64,000 nt of DNA from a virus (IMGVR_UViG_645948442_000001:64001-128000); one strand, 5' to 3'. Positions 1 through 9,753 are shown, counted from the first letter of the stretch. Made by a program: numbers and translations. The notes: generated from the sequence alone by a model not told the origin.

Positions 1-683
1 GATACACGAACCTGGACAACGGCTACGATGCTGATGACATGTTCAAGCGGATGATGGCTGTGCCTGAAGGCAAGTTCTACACCGGCGCCTACATGATCCG
101 GGGCTGCACTTCGGCGAAGGAAGTGGGCGGCGATCAGGAGGAGTACGAACGCTGCAAGAACAAGCGATACTTCCTGGCGCATCACGTGTTCAAGGGCATC
201 TATGAAGTGGGCGCCCCCGAACCTGGCGAGAGCCTGGAATCGTACCACAAGCGGTTGATGACTGCTTCCTCCAACGGGGCTTTCATGGCAGGCCAGCAAA
301 TCGCTGACCTGAAGTATTACACCATGTCCAAGGCGCCTGACTGGCACACCTGGGGTCCTGAAGGCCCTGGTCCACACAAGTACCTGAACATGTACAACGG
401 GCGTGGCCTGGATGAAGACCGGCTGGGCCAGAAGTTCATCGAAGAACTGGCTGAGTGGGAGTCAACCTTCAAGTCCCGGCTTTCGTCTGTGATGCTTGAC
501 CTGAACGGCGCCGACCTCCACATCATGAAGGATGTGGCCAAGGCCCTGGCTGACCCCCACAATCTCAAGTCAAATCTAGTTTGCGAGGTCAGCAAATACT
601 TGAAGGCAATGTCGGGCGGTCGCCTTCGTAACAATTACGACGGCAAGGCCACCACTACTACACTTGCTCAGTTTGCTCCTTGA
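1..683 (+). CDS. 5-hmdU DNA kinase helical-domain protein (aGPT-Pplase1 family), probably 5'-truncated by the window edge
   Basis: Motifs YTGAYMI, GAFMAGQQIADLKY and DWHTWGPEGPG match the helical domain used in phage thymidine hypermodification. The frame appears open upstream of the track start at 39. Confidence 0.7.
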   Translation, partial: YTNLDNGYDADDMFKRMMAVPEGKFYTGAYMIRGCTSAKEVGGDQEEYERCKNKRYFLAHHVFKGIYEVGAPEPGESLESYHKRLMTASSNGAFMAGQQIADLKYYTMSKAPDWHTWGPEGPGPHKYLNMYNGRGLDEDRLGQKFIEELAEWESTFKSRLSSVMLDLNGADLHIMKDVAKALADPHNLKSNLVCEVSKYLKAMSGGRLRNNYDGKATTTTLAQFAP

Positions 684-1410
684 CCCAAGCCAACCAGAGT
701 TCGTCGAGCCAAGGGTTCCAACCTTGCTCCACGAATTTCTTGTGTAAGGACTGCCACTTGTTCCAGTGGGTAGAGGAATAGCCTTGGCTCTTACAGAAAT
801 CTGTGGTGCCTTTGGGTGACCCAGCTGCCACCCAATTGTCGTAGAAGTCTCCGGCCTGGATCCACTTGTCTTTGTAGCGAGTCCATTGGGCGAGGTGCAA
901 TTTGTCTTTGTACTCCTTTGTATTTTGGACCTCGCGTAGCGCCTCGACCCGTTTGGCTTTGAACTCTGGTCTAGTGGCATTCAATTCCTTCATCTTGATG
1001 GATGAACGTTCCGAGTGCCTTTGGATATCAACGCCGCCTCCCCAATACCAATCGGATAATTTCTTGCCTTGCGCGACTAACATTTCCTTGGGTTTGCTCA
1101 TTTGCTTCGCTCTCATTTCTTCCGCCACGGTCCTCCTACTGAGCTCGTAATCCTTGGACCTGCGACGCCCAGTCCTGTTGGTCATCATCATGAATGCGTA
1201 CCTGAGAGAATTGGAATCGTAGGCTCTCATCAGCATCCAGTGGGCGATGTAGTGCTCTCTCAGTGACAGGGTGACGAGGTTACTGGGATCGTTGGTGCCA
1301 CCACAACTCAATGGGATGATGTGGTGCCTCTCCACAGGACCCTGGCTGGGTCGTCTGGTCTTTATAAACTGTTCGTAACGTTGGACGTATAATATGGATT
1401 TCACTTGCAT
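658..1410 (-). CDS. Free-standing HNH homing endonuclease
   Basis: N-terminal ERHHIIPLSCGGTNDPSNLVTLSLREHYIAHWML HNH motif and a basic C-terminal region. It is antisense to its neighbours, has a strong SD (AAGGAGGAGAG on the - strand) and looks more AT-rich. Confidence 0.85.
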   Translation of the reverse strand: MQVKSILYVQRYEQFIKTRRPSQGPVERHHIIPLSCGGTNDPSNLVTLSLREHYIAHWMLMRAYDSNSLRYAFMMMTNRTGRRRSKDYELSRRTVAEEMRAKQMSKPKEMLVAQGKKLSDWYWGGGVDIQRHSERSSIKMKELNATRPEFKAKRVEALREVQNTKEYKDKLHLAQWTRYKDKWIQAGDFYDNWVAAGSPKGTTDFCKSQGYSSTHWNKWQSLHKKFVEQGWNPWLDELWLAWVKEQTEQV

Positions 1411-1512
1411 AAACTCTCCTCCTTGCCTTACTTATGTGAGTCTGGTAAGTAACAACAACTACGATGGTCGGGCGACGACCCATTCCATCGCACAATTCAA
1501 CAAGGTGTAAAC

Positions 1513-1947
1513 ATGTACTCCATCATCATTCTGGCTTTCCTGCTGTGGGGCGCCGACCGCGTCTCCCTCTCTTCCTGGCTCAATCGCAACAGAGACCTGC
1601 CCCTCACGAAACCAGTCATCGTGTTCACCACGATGACGCCTGAGCGCATTTTGAACGTGCTGATGTCCAGGGAGCGGGTGAGTCGCAGGGTGTACACTGA
1701 ATCCTACGAGGTGTACAAGGAGATGAAGGCCAAGAGCCACTACCCGGTGAACCTGAACCACGTGCTGCCCGGGTTTGTCCCCAGTCAGTCGTCCGTATTC
1801 ATCACCTCCGGCAGCCCTCTGAACACTCTCAAGCAAATCTGGCGCCTCAATGGCAACATGGGCAAGTATGGCGAAGGCATGATTGTCGTCAACTTGCGTT
1901 TCACCAGCGATGACTCGGGTCCGAAGATACCCGTGGGAGCGACTTGA
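1513..1947 (+). CDS. Hypothetical protein
   Basis: Phage-like codon usage, AAGGTG SD, overlaps the next gene start. Confidence 0.65.
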   Translation: MYSIIILAFLLWGADRVSLSSWLNRNRDLPLTKPVIVFTTMTPERILNVLMSRERVSRRVYTESYEVYKEMKAKSHYPVNLNHVLPGFVPSQSSVFITSGSPLNTLKQIWRLNGNMGKYGEGMIVVNLRFTSDDSGPKIPVGAT

Positions 1948-2432
1948 TGTTTCTGGAACTGTTCAAGGGGGCTGCGGCCCTCAAGCTCATCCAACTGATG
2001 CGGGGCAACCGGCTGATGGCCCCTGCTGGGAACCTGGGGTTGTCCCGCCAGCAGATGCCTCAGATCGACAGCAAATATCTGGACCAGCTGGTCCAGTGGC
2101 TGGCGACCCAGGAGGTCGGCGTAGATGAGAAGCAATGGGGGCTGGATAAGCTCAAGTTGGTGCAGGCCGAGTACAACCGTGAGAAAGTGCTGAGCCTGAT
2201 CGACACTTGGGGCAAGAAGCCATCTCCCCCCATCCTGGTCTCCAATGACGGCTATGTGCTGGATGGCTCCCACAGGTTCCTGGCCAAGTTCAATCGCAAG
2301 AAGGAGACTGGTGACGGTCAACGCATCAAGACCCTGACGGTTGATCTTCCGGCCCGGGCAGCCGTGGATGCTCTCCGGCGATTCCCTGGAGTCCAGTTTC
2401 GCAACTACAGCGACAAGAGCCTGGCCAAGTGA
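1944..2432 (+). CDS. ParB/Srx-like domain protein
   Basis: PPILVSNDGYVLDGSHRFLA motif. Confidence 0.75.
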   Translation: MMFLELFKGAAALKLIQLMRGNRLMAPAGNLGLSRQQMPQIDSKYLDQLVQWLATQEVGVDEKQWGLDKLKLVQAEYNREKVLSLIDTWGKKPSPPILVSNDGYVLDGSHRFLAKFNRKKETGDGQRIKTLTVDLPARAAVDALRRFPGVQFRNYSDKSLAK

Positions 2433-2486
2433 AAAGACCCCTCCGCAAGGAGGGGTTTTCTGATTTCTGTGTATCGCGGCTATAAT
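2433..2486 (+). promoter_or_regulatory. Terminator hairpin + TATAAT promoter cassette
   Basis: ACCCCTCC-GCAA-GGAGGGGT-TTTC followed by TATAAT at 2481-2486. Confidence 0.75.
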
Positions 2487-2597
2487 TGTATCCGCGCAAC
2501 ATCGCTTTCGGCAAAAATGTCCGAAATTGTTTTGTATTAACAACGGCTTACGGGCCAGGAAACCCAAACGCCACACCACTCATCAGGAACCCATGAA

Positions 2598-3581
2598 ATG
2601 ACACACCCAGACCCATCCAGCTCAGCCGACAAGGCGGGCAACTACATCGTTGGCGGACTCGCTTCAGCGGGGGCATTCAACGCTGTGTTCGGCAGGGACA
2701 AGGAGAGGAGTTGGAAGGCCCTTGGACTGGTCGCTCTGGTGGCTGGCGTCTTCTACTCCTTGTGGGTGTACATTTTGAGCCTCAAGGCGGCATCCAAGTA
2801 CAAGGGCAGCGACTTCGTCAAGGTGGCGTTGATCCCTGTGTCTTTGTACTGGGTCTGGTTCTACTTCACAGGGATACAGATCAAGTTGGCCGACACATGG
2901 AACACCAGCCCCGCTGGCCACTGGATGGCGTTCATCCTCATATGCAACCTGTTGATCTACTGGATGGCCGGGCGGGCCTGCTGGTCGATTCTGGGCAACA
3001 TCCACAGGAAGTATGGCAACGGTCAGGTGGCATTCTGGAAGCATGCTTTGTGCAGTGTCAGCATCCTGTTCCTGTCGTTCGGGTTCTGGGGCAACAAGGC
3101 CATCTACATGCCGCACTCCACATTCTGGGGCACGACCACACAGCGTGACGAATACGACGCATACCACTTGACAGGCAAGGCGCAGGAGGCTGCTCAACAG
3201 AGGGTTGACAAGCGCAAGGCGCAGCGCGCCGATGCCCTGGAAGCCAAGTTGATGAAGGACCCTGTGTACGTGGCCAAGAAGCAAGCCAAAGCGGATTTGG
3301 AGGCCAAGCGCAAGGCACATCGCGAGGAACAGGCCGCGCTGGCTAAACAGTTGGCGGACAAATACGAGGCCGAGCGCCAGGCCGAGGCGACGGCCCGGAT
3401 GAAGGCCATCGAAGATCAGCAGGCGCGCGAACAGGCCATGATAGCCAGGATGCGCACCGATGACGAGCAACGAGCCGAGAGACAGGCTCGTGAGCGAGAG
3501 GCGCAGATGGAGTACAACTCCATGCGTAGGGAGCAGTTGGAGCGAGAGGACCGGCTGCGCAGTTTGATGAACCAACGATAG
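2598..3581 (+). CDS. Multi-pass membrane protein with C-terminal coiled coil
   Basis: About 4 hydrophobic helices followed by an E/Q/R/A-rich helical tail. Confidence 0.7.
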   Translation: MTHPDPSSSADKAGNYIVGGLASAGAFNAVFGRDKERSWKALGLVALVAGVFYSLWVYILSLKAASKYKGSDFVKVALIPVSLYWVWFYFTGIQIKLADTWNTSPAGHWMAFILICNLLIYWMAGRACWSILGNIHRKYGNGQVAFWKHALCSVSILFLSFGFWGNKAIYMPHSTFWGTTTQRDEYDAYHLTGKAQEAAQQRVDKRKAQRADALEAKLMKDPVYVAKKQAKADLEAKRKAHREEQAALAKQLADKYEAERQAEATARMKAIEDQQAREQAMIARMRTDDEQRAERQAREREAQMEYNSMRREQLEREDRLRSLMNQR

Positions 3582-3588
3582 GGCAAGC

Positions 3589-4089
3589 ATGAATTTGAAA
3601 TTGGAAGCACTCCTGGGCATCCTCCAGGGGGCAGAGGCGTCAGCGGAATACTCCAAGGCCAACCGCGACAAGCCAGGCAAGGGCAAGGTGGGGGCCGTGG
3701 GGTTCAACCTGTCGGAGTCGGGTATGCCTGTGGTGACGGTGGCGACCTACAACCAGCGCACGGAAGAGGGGCCGCTGGAAGACGAGAACAACGTCACCCT
3801 ACCAGATGTGGTGCATGCTGAGATGGGCGTGATCCTGGGATCGCCCACTCCCAGCGCATACATCATGTGCACTGAAAGCCCTTGCCATGGATGTGCAGTG
3901 CACATGGAGGCTGCCGACCTTTCCGGCATCTTCTGGATCAACGACTACCGTTGCCAGTCTGGCGTCGAGTTTCTCAAGGGGCGCGGCTTCAGCGTCCGGG
4001 AGTTCGAGGTGCAGGGCCGCAAGTTCAAGGGGGCAATCAGGGTGAACCACGAGCAAGCCATGGCATACGCTCGCGACCTGTCGCAGTAA
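3589..4089 (+). CDS. dCMP deaminase-like zinc deaminase
   Basis: HAE and SPCHGC zinc-binding motifs, with KVGAV near the N-terminus. Confidence 0.8.
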   Translation: MNLKLEALLGILQGAEASAEYSKANRDKPGKGKVGAVGFNLSESGMPVVTVATYNQRTEEGPLEDENNVTLPDVVHAEMGVILGSPTPSAYIMCTESPCHGCAVHMEAADLSGIFWINDYRCQSGVEFLKGRGFSVREFEVQGRKFKGAIRVNHEQAMAYARDLSQ

Positions 4090-4098
4090 ATATCTGCG
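4082..4098 (+). promoter_or_regulatory. Putative late promoter GTAAATA in a hairpin loop
   Basis: CGCAG-TAAATAT-CTGCG upstream of phoH. Confidence 0.5.
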
Positions 4099-4170
4099 TA
4101 GGCACCGGGGTCATCCAAACAGGAGGGGCTCGCCCTCCTGTCCCCGATTCGAGTGCCGTCAGGGGCATCA

Positions 4171-4974
4171 ATGGCAAAGCAGAATCGTCGTCAAGCGCAG
4201 CAGCATACCCGCCGTGGTCAACGTGTCACGGAAAGCATCCAGCTGAGCTACCAACGCGATGAGTACGAAGCGCGTCAAGAGCATGAGGACCATGTCCGAA
4301 CTGCAACGAGCAAGCGCGAAGTCTTCACCCCCAAGACTCCCCGCCAGACCAGGCTGTTTCAATCCATTCTGAACAACGAAATCTCCGTGGGCGAAGGCCC
4401 TGCGGGTGTCGGCAAGACCTTCACAGTGGCTGCTGCCATGGCCAAGCTGTTGAAGGATGGCCAAATTCATGAAATCGTGATCACCCGAGCCAATGTGACT
4501 GTGGGCGAGAGTATCGGCATGCTGCCTGGCACCATCGAGGAAAAGATGGCTCCGCTGCTGGCCCCTATTCTGGACGCCCTCAAGCGTGTCTTGGGTGCGG
4601 GTGAATACGAGTACATGCTCCGTCGCGGTCGCATCAAGATGCTGCCTTTCGAGTATGTGCGTGGTCGCAGTTTCAAGGACACTGGTGTTATCGTGGATGA
4701 GGCTCAGAATCTGAGCCGCAACGAAGTGGTCGCTATCTGCACCCGCTACGAGTCTGGCCGTCTGGTGATCCTGGGCGACCCCTTCCAGAATGACATCAAC
4801 AGCTCCGTGGTCCAGTTCGGTCTGGATCCAGAACCCACCGGCCTGGAATGGCTGTCTGCTTTCAACGATCGCAACGATCTGGGCATCGGAGTGACCAAGT
4901 TCGAACTGGAAGACGTCGTGCGTTCTGGCTTTGTCAAGCGTTTCCTGACGGCTCTCTACACGAAGGGCCATTAA
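4171..4974 (+). CDS. phoH: PhoH-family ATPase
   Basis: GPAGVGKT Walker A, GMLPG, RGRSF, VIVDEAQN, GDPFQND and DVVRSGFV motifs. Confidence 0.95.
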   Translation: MAKQNRRQAQQHTRRGQRVTESIQLSYQRDEYEARQEHEDHVRTATSKREVFTPKTPRQTRLFQSILNNEISVGEGPAGVGKTFTVAAAMAKLLKDGQIHEIVITRANVTVGESIGMLPGTIEEKMAPLLAPILDALKRVLGAGEYEYMLRRGRIKMLPFEYVRGRSFKDTGVIVDEAQNLSRNEVVAICTRYESGRLVILGDPFQNDINSSVVQFGLDPEPTGLEWLSAFNDRNDLGIGVTKFELEDVVRSGFVKRFLTALYTKGH

Positions 4975-4995
4975 GTACAGGGAAAGGAGTTCAAT

Positions 4996-5337
4996 ATGAA
5001 CCAACTGCAAAGCAACATCAAGTCCCTCCAGGACAAGCACGGTGACAAGGTCACGGTCGGGGCGACCGGCCTGAAGCTGAAACACCCCAACGGCTACACC
5101 GAAACCCTGATTTCCTGGCCTCTGGGCACAGAGATTGAAGGTCTGGTTGTCCAGCCCGTGGAACCAGCTCCTCCTGCGCCTGAGGTCAAGCCAGCTGAAC
5201 CGGCCGAGCCTGTCGGTAAACTGCCGCCTGCTGAGGTGACGCCCGACCCTGAACCTGTGAAGGAACCTGAGCAGCCTGTGGTCGAGAAAAAGAAGCCCGG
5301 CCCCAAACCCAAGGTTGCTGAGACCAAGGCCGAGTGA
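4996..5337 (+). CDS. Hypothetical protein with Pro/Glu-rich tail
   Basis: Strong SD AAAGGAG, preceded by TAAGTA. Confidence 0.75.
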   Translation: MNQLQSNIKSLQDKHGDKVTVGATGLKLKHPNGYTETLISWPLGTEIEGLVVQPVEPAPPAPEVKPAEPAEPVGKLPPAEVTPDPEPVKEPEQPVVEKKKPGPKPKVAETKAE

Positions 5338-5681
5338 TGTTGGGTTTCGGGCCAACCAACCACTATGCATTGGCCCGGAGTTTGTTGGTGAGGCCGGTGG
5401 AGAGCAAATTTCTGCTGGCCTTGCTTGAATTACCAAACCAAGCAACCAAGGAGTTGAACAAGGGCACCCCTGAGGGTGTGCAAGCGGCCACGAATATGTG
5501 TGCTACTTTCTTCAACTCCATCCACCGCACTGAGAAGTCGTTGGAACTGTTCATCAGCCTGTCCGGAGCGCCTCGCGGGGCCTCGGCGCTGTTGAAATTC
5601 TGTGGCGCTGAGCCGGCCAGCTACGATGCTGATCGACTTGAGCATATTGAGAAAATCATGAGAGGAGAAATGTATGCGTGA
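5334..5681 (+). CDS. Hypothetical protein
   Basis: Coupled GTGA overlap with the upstream gene. Confidence 0.6.
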   Translation: MMLGFGPTNHYALARSLLVRPVESKFLLALLELPNQATKELNKGTPEGVQAATNMCATFFNSIHRTEKSLELFISLSGAPRGASALLKFCGAEPASYDADRLEHIEKIMRGEMYA

Positions 5682-5744
5682 TATCCGACCTGTGCACGAC
5701 GTGCGACCCATGAGCGGCGGAGGCGGCAGTGGCTGTGCCGGAGC

Positions 5745-6098
5745 ATGAGATTCGTGAGGATGGGTGGTGCTGCTGGCGGCTCTGGCCCTGGGGGTGCCCC
5801 AACCAATTCAGTCGGTGACGGCAAGGGGTTTGCGACCTACGCAGTCCCCCTGTTCGTAGCCCGGCGCAACAAGCCGGTCAACGAGGTGTCCACTGAAGTG
5901 TTCCAACGCTTCCGGGTGGGCTCCTACAACGAGGATGAGTGGAGCGACCTGATTGACGACCCGACAGTCAAGGAGGCGTCTCTGGCTGACTTCCACAGCA
6001 AAGGGGAGGCCATCATCTACGACCCTGCTACTCTGGCTGGGGTGATCCTTCGCAAGAAGCGACTGCAGAAGCAAGCGATCAGCGCAAACTCAATCTGA
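5745..6098 (+). CDS. Hypothetical protein (start uncertain)
   Basis: The 3' part looks coding. The 5' part is Gly-rich and its frame is ambiguous. Confidence 0.55.
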   Translation: MRFVRMGGAAGGSGPGGAPTNSVGDGKGFATYAVPLFVARRNKPVNEVSTEVFQRFRVGSYNEDEWSDLIDDPTVKEASLADFHSKGEAIIYDPATLAGVILRKKRLQKQAISANSI

Positions 6099-6102
6099 AA
6101 GT

Positions 6103-6141
6103 GGCCACTGGGGTAAATACTCCAGTGGCCCTTTTGTATTT
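6103..6141 (+). terminator. Intrinsic terminator with TAAATA late-promoter-like motif in its loop
   Basis: GGCCACTGGGG-TAAATA-CTCCAGTGGCC followed by CTTTTGTATTT. Confidence 0.65.
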
Positions 6142-6151
6142 GGAGTGAACA

Positions 6152-7138
6152 ATGATCAAGGTGGATTACCTCTACTTCGGCATCATCGAGAGTGTTGATG
6201 ATCCTCTGCAGACCGGGCGTTGCCAGGTGCGCATATTCGGCATCCACACCGAACTGACCCAGGAGATCACCACAGAGGATCTGCCCTGGTGCCAACCCTG
6301 GATGCCAGTCACAGAGCCATTCATCTCGGGCATTGGATGGAGCCCCACAGGCATGGTGCCCGGGGCAATGGTGGTTCTGATTCCCCAAGACGAGTTCAAG
6401 CAAGAATGGAAAATCCTATTCTCTACTGGGGCTTATCGTACTGACCTTGGGATCAAGGCCAACGAGGGGTTCAAGGACCCATCTGGACTGTACCCGCTCA
6501 AGGACAGAGGGCACGATGTCAACTTCATGGCCCGTGGCGTCAGCACCAAGATTGACGGCGTGACTGATGCTGGGTTTGACCCCAACACCGAGAAGCGCAA
6601 GAACGAGTCAACTGCTGAAGTACAGGAAGTGATCGACGAGGGCAAGCCGGAGGAGCCAGCCCAACCAGTCGGTTCAGCCACTTGGATGGCCTTCGCCGAG
6701 AAGGAACTGGGTATCAATGAAGATGACAACCCCAAGAGAGTGAACGAGTATCACACGCAGGGCGGAGGTTCCAGCCGTTGGGGCGGTGAGACGCCTTGGT
6801 GTGCTAGCTTCGTCGGCTGGTGTCTGGTGCAAGCCAAACTGAAGGGGTCTGGATCGGCGATGGCCAGATCGTATCTCAAGTGGGGTAAGGAATTACCCAT
6901 CGATAACACCATCCCATACGGAGCCATCATCGTGATCCAGGGCGACCGGGGTCCTAGCTCGGGCCACGTGTGTTTCGCCACAGGGGTGAGTGGCGGTCGA
7001 GTACAGGTGATTGGCGGTAATCAATCGGCCAAGAACAAGCAGAATGGTGGTGAGGTGACTCGTTCCTCATTCCCAATGAAGCAAGTCATCGGCGCACGCT
7101 GGCCAGCCGATGTGCCACCGAAGAAGGAGTTCAACTGA
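6152..7138 (+). CDS. Baseplate hub gp5 N-terminal OB-fold fused to NlpC/P60-CHAP-like (TIGR02594-type) peptidoglycan peptidase
   Basis: FGIIESVDDPLQTGRCQVRIFGIH..DLPW is the gp5 OB-fold. ETPWCASFVGWCL, ARSYLKWG, GHVCF and GGNQS are TIGR02594-type motifs. Confidence 0.85.
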   Translation: MIKVDYLYFGIIESVDDPLQTGRCQVRIFGIHTELTQEITTEDLPWCQPWMPVTEPFISGIGWSPTGMVPGAMVVLIPQDEFKQEWKILFSTGAYRTDLGIKANEGFKDPSGLYPLKDRGHDVNFMARGVSTKIDGVTDAGFDPNTEKRKNESTAEVQEVIDEGKPEEPAQPVGSATWMAFAEKELGINEDDNPKRVNEYHTQGGGSSRWGGETPWCASFVGWCLVQAKLKGSGSAMARSYLKWGKELPIDNTIPYGAIIVIQGDRGPSSGHVCFATGVSGGRVQVIGGNQSAKNKQNGGEVTRSSFPMKQVIGARWPADVPPKKEFN

Positions 7139-8904
7139 TGGCTGACTACAACACCCTGCCGGACAGCAAGTCCCAGGAGCCCAACAAGATCAAGAATGAT
7201 CCAGTGGACCTGACGCAAGCCCAGTTCAGCCAGATTTTTGGTGGCAATGGGACTGCTGAGTGGTTCAGCGTGATGAAGAAGCACACCAAAGAGAAAGGCA
7301 TTGACACCGTCTTCCGCCTGTCTGCCTTCTTCGCGCAAATCTCCGTGGAAACAGGCAAGCTGGGGCGCCTGGAGGAGAATCTGAACTACAGTGCGGGTCG
7401 TCTGGTTCAGGTGTTCCCCAAGTATTTCCAGTCCAAGGAACGGGCCAACGAGTATGCTGGTCAACCCAAGAAGATCGCCAGTCGGGTGTACGCCAACCGG
7501 ATGAACAACGGCGACGAGGCCTCCGGCGACGGTTGGACCTACCGGGGTCGTGGGTGCATTCAGCTGACGGGCAAGTACAACTACGAGGCCTGCACCCGTG
7601 GCGGCGTCAGCTGCATGGGCGCCAATGCTGACTATCTTCTGACGAAGGAAGGGGCCACCCGTTCTGCCGTTTGGTTCTGGTCGAGCAAGAACCTCAACGC
7701 TACGGCCGACCGTGGTGACTTCGCTACAGTGAGCCGGGTCATCAACGGCGGCACCAATGGCTGGACTGAACGCAATAATGAGTATGCCCGGATTCTGAAG
7801 ATTCTGGCCAACCTGTCACCTCTTGCTGAGGTGCAGACAGACCCAGGAGGCGAAGGCAACAACATTGTTGACCCAGTCATCCCTATTGATGACCGCACTC
7901 CCAACAAGACCCCGGTCAACGATGTGAAGGTCATAGTTGAGCCCATTCTCAACGGCAAGTCTGTGTATCCTTGGAACAAGTGTTTCGAGTCCAGGTCTGG
8001 GCATATCGTAGAGCTGGACGACACGCCCGACCGGGAGCGCATGCACTGGTACCATCGCACAGGCACATACACTGAATTCCAACCCAATGGTGACCGGGTT
8101 GAGAAGACAGTGCTGACTCGGTTTGTGTTCAGTGACTCCACCCAGGAGGCTGTGAAGGGTTCCTACAGCGCCTCGTATGGATCGTGGTACACCAACACTG
8201 AAGGCTCCCAGACCCACAACGCTGCTTTGGTGACATTCACAACACAGGGAGGCTTCAACGTCACTGCGCCTGTGGCCAAGTTCAGCGACATCATCGATGG
8301 GCAGATGTTGGTGGTGGACCACATCAAAGTCCGCCGGGGGTCGAAGTTTGGGAACGTGTGCGATCTCAAGGCTCGCCAGGCTGAATACTCTGAGCGAGCC
8401 GGCATCCTCACTGGGGCCAACCCAGGCCCAATACCAGGCAGCTACACAGGCCCCAATTGGGTCAACCGTGGCTACGGTGAACACACGATCAACGGCCTAC
8501 CGGCCCACGAACCCACAGACATCGCAGAAGGCAGCTGGGGAGTCCAGCTGGTGGACGCGAATCGCGGGCTGTTGTCTCACTCTCATGTCGGTTTCGAAGA
8601 CCAAACTGCGGGCGATGCAATATACAGGGTGGATGGCGATATCACCCAGACCAACGGCGGTCATCGCACTGAAGCCACCGAGGGCAAGCGGCACATAGCC
8701 TCGGGAGAGGCATTGAAGCTGGGGTCAAACACAGTAGTGATCCTGGAGGCCCCGGCTGGTGTGCTGGTCGATGTAGTTCGTCACAAGCCCATAGATGAGT
8801 TGCCTGACGTCGAACTGTTCGAAGATGGTGACATCATCACAGTGAATCTCAACAGGAAGTTGAGGCACTTTGTCAACAATGCTGGAACATGGGAGGAATC
8901 ATGA
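7138..8904 (+). CDS. GH19 lysozyme fused to gp5 C-terminal spike region
   Basis: AQISVETG, EENLNYS, YANRMNNGD, YRGRGCIQLTGKYNY and INGGTNG match GH19. YPWNKCFESRSGHIVELDDTPDRERMHWYHRTGTYTEFQPNG matches gp5C. It has its own SD (AAGGAG). Confidence 0.88.
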   Translation: MADYNTLPDSKSQEPNKIKNDPVDLTQAQFSQIFGGNGTAEWFSVMKKHTKEKGIDTVFRLSAFFAQISVETGKLGRLEENLNYSAGRLVQVFPKYFQSKERANEYAGQPKKIASRVYANRMNNGDEASGDGWTYRGRGCIQLTGKYNYEACTRGGVSCMGANADYLLTKEGATRSAVWFWSSKNLNATADRGDFATVSRVINGGTNGWTERNNEYARILKILANLSPLAEVQTDPGGEGNNIVDPVIPIDDRTPNKTPVNDVKVIVEPILNGKSVYPWNKCFESRSGHIVELDDTPDRERMHWYHRTGTYTEFQPNGDRVEKTVLTRFVFSDSTQEAVKGSYSASYGSWYTNTEGSQTHNAALVTFTTQGGFNVTAPVAKFSDIIDGQMLVVDHIKVRRGSKFGNVCDLKARQAEYSERAGILTGANPGPIPGSYTGPNWVNRGYGEHTINGLPAHEPTDIAEGSWGVQLVDANRGLLSHSHVGFEDQTAGDAIYRVDGDITQTNGGHRTEATEGKRHIASGEALKLGSNTVVILEAPAGVLVDVVRHKPIDELPDVELFEDGDIITVNLNRKLRHFVNNAGTWEES

Positions 8905-9374
8905 GCACATACCTGCCACCAACACCTGTCCTGAACGACCCTTACGAGGGGCAGAAGCCTGACTTCTACAAGCGGACGCCGCGAGGTGAGGACGTCATCT
9001 ACATCGATCTGGACATGAATTTGGAGACCCACCCGATGACGGGTGACTTCGCTTTGGTCCGCAATGGTAAGGCTGTGATGCAGTCCATCCGCAACCTGGT
9101 GATGACCTCGGCAGGGGAGATACTGATGAACAGTGAGATCGGGGGCGGCGTCCCCGACAACATGTTCAACGCCATTGACTCGCTCACGGTGTTCAACCTG
9201 TCGTCGCAGATCAAGCGCACCATCGCCAACCATGAGCCTCGGGCTGAGGTGACTGACCTGTCCGTTTGGCGCGCCCCAGACAACGACCATGCCATCATCA
9301 TCAGTGTGAAATTCTTCATGCGAGGCTCCACCATTGAATACGATGAACAGATCACACTTGAAAGGACACGGTGA
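8901..9374 (+). CDS. Baseplate wedge subunit gp25-like
   Basis: DLDMNLETHPMTGD, AVMQSIRNLVMT..GE and IANHEPRA motifs, directly after gp5. Confidence 0.9.
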   Translation: MSTYLPPTPVLNDPYEGQKPDFYKRTPRGEDVIYIDLDMNLETHPMTGDFALVRNGKAVMQSIRNLVMTSAGEILMNSEIGGGVPDNMFNAIDSLTVFNLSSQIKRTIANHEPRAEVTDLSVWRAPDNDHAIIISVKFFMRGSTIEYDEQITLERTR

Positions 9375-9751
9375 TGTTTCAGACTGACACCAATCGCTTG
9401 AACAAGGCGAAAGCAGTGCCGGAGCTCAGGTTCAGCATTATCAGGGGAGAGACCGGGGAGATCAGGGTGAAGTCCCTAGCGCCTGATGGTTCTTACAGGT
9501 TCCTGACCCAGTATACAGGAACTGGGAACAACAGCGAACTCCTGGTTGAATTCTATGGCTCTGCGGGCGACGTGAACCATACGACGACTCAGCTCGGGAT
9601 TGACCCCAATGACCCTCGGGTGGGCATCATCCACATTGACAGTTCCGTTACTCAAAAATACAGGTTCTTCAAGATGAAGTTCAAGTGTCTGGGTGTGAAG
9701 GACAACGAGACTGTGGTGCTGTTCCGAGGCATCATCGACATTGGCATCTAA
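9371..9751 (+). CDS. Hypothetical, probably virion/baseplate-associated protein
   Basis: Coupled to gp25, beta-rich composition. Confidence 0.55.
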   Translation: MMFQTDTNRLNKAKAVPELRFSIIRGETGEIRVKSLAPDGSYRFLTQYTGTGNNSELLVEFYGSAGDVNHTTTQLGIDPNDPRVGIIHIDSSVTQKYRFFKMKFKCLGVKDNETVVLFRGIIDIGI

Positions 9752-9753
9752 TC

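Noticed and set aside
5674-5770. Possible frameshifted 5' extension of gene 5745 (MRDIRPVHDVRPMS / AEAAVAVPEHEIRED / GGAAGG)
   Set aside because: It needs two frame changes and cannot be supported without reads or homologs.
7120-7145. Programmed frameshift fusing the two gp5 halves
   Set aside because: No slippery heptamer is present. A good SD and the TGATG overlap favour coupled reinitiation.
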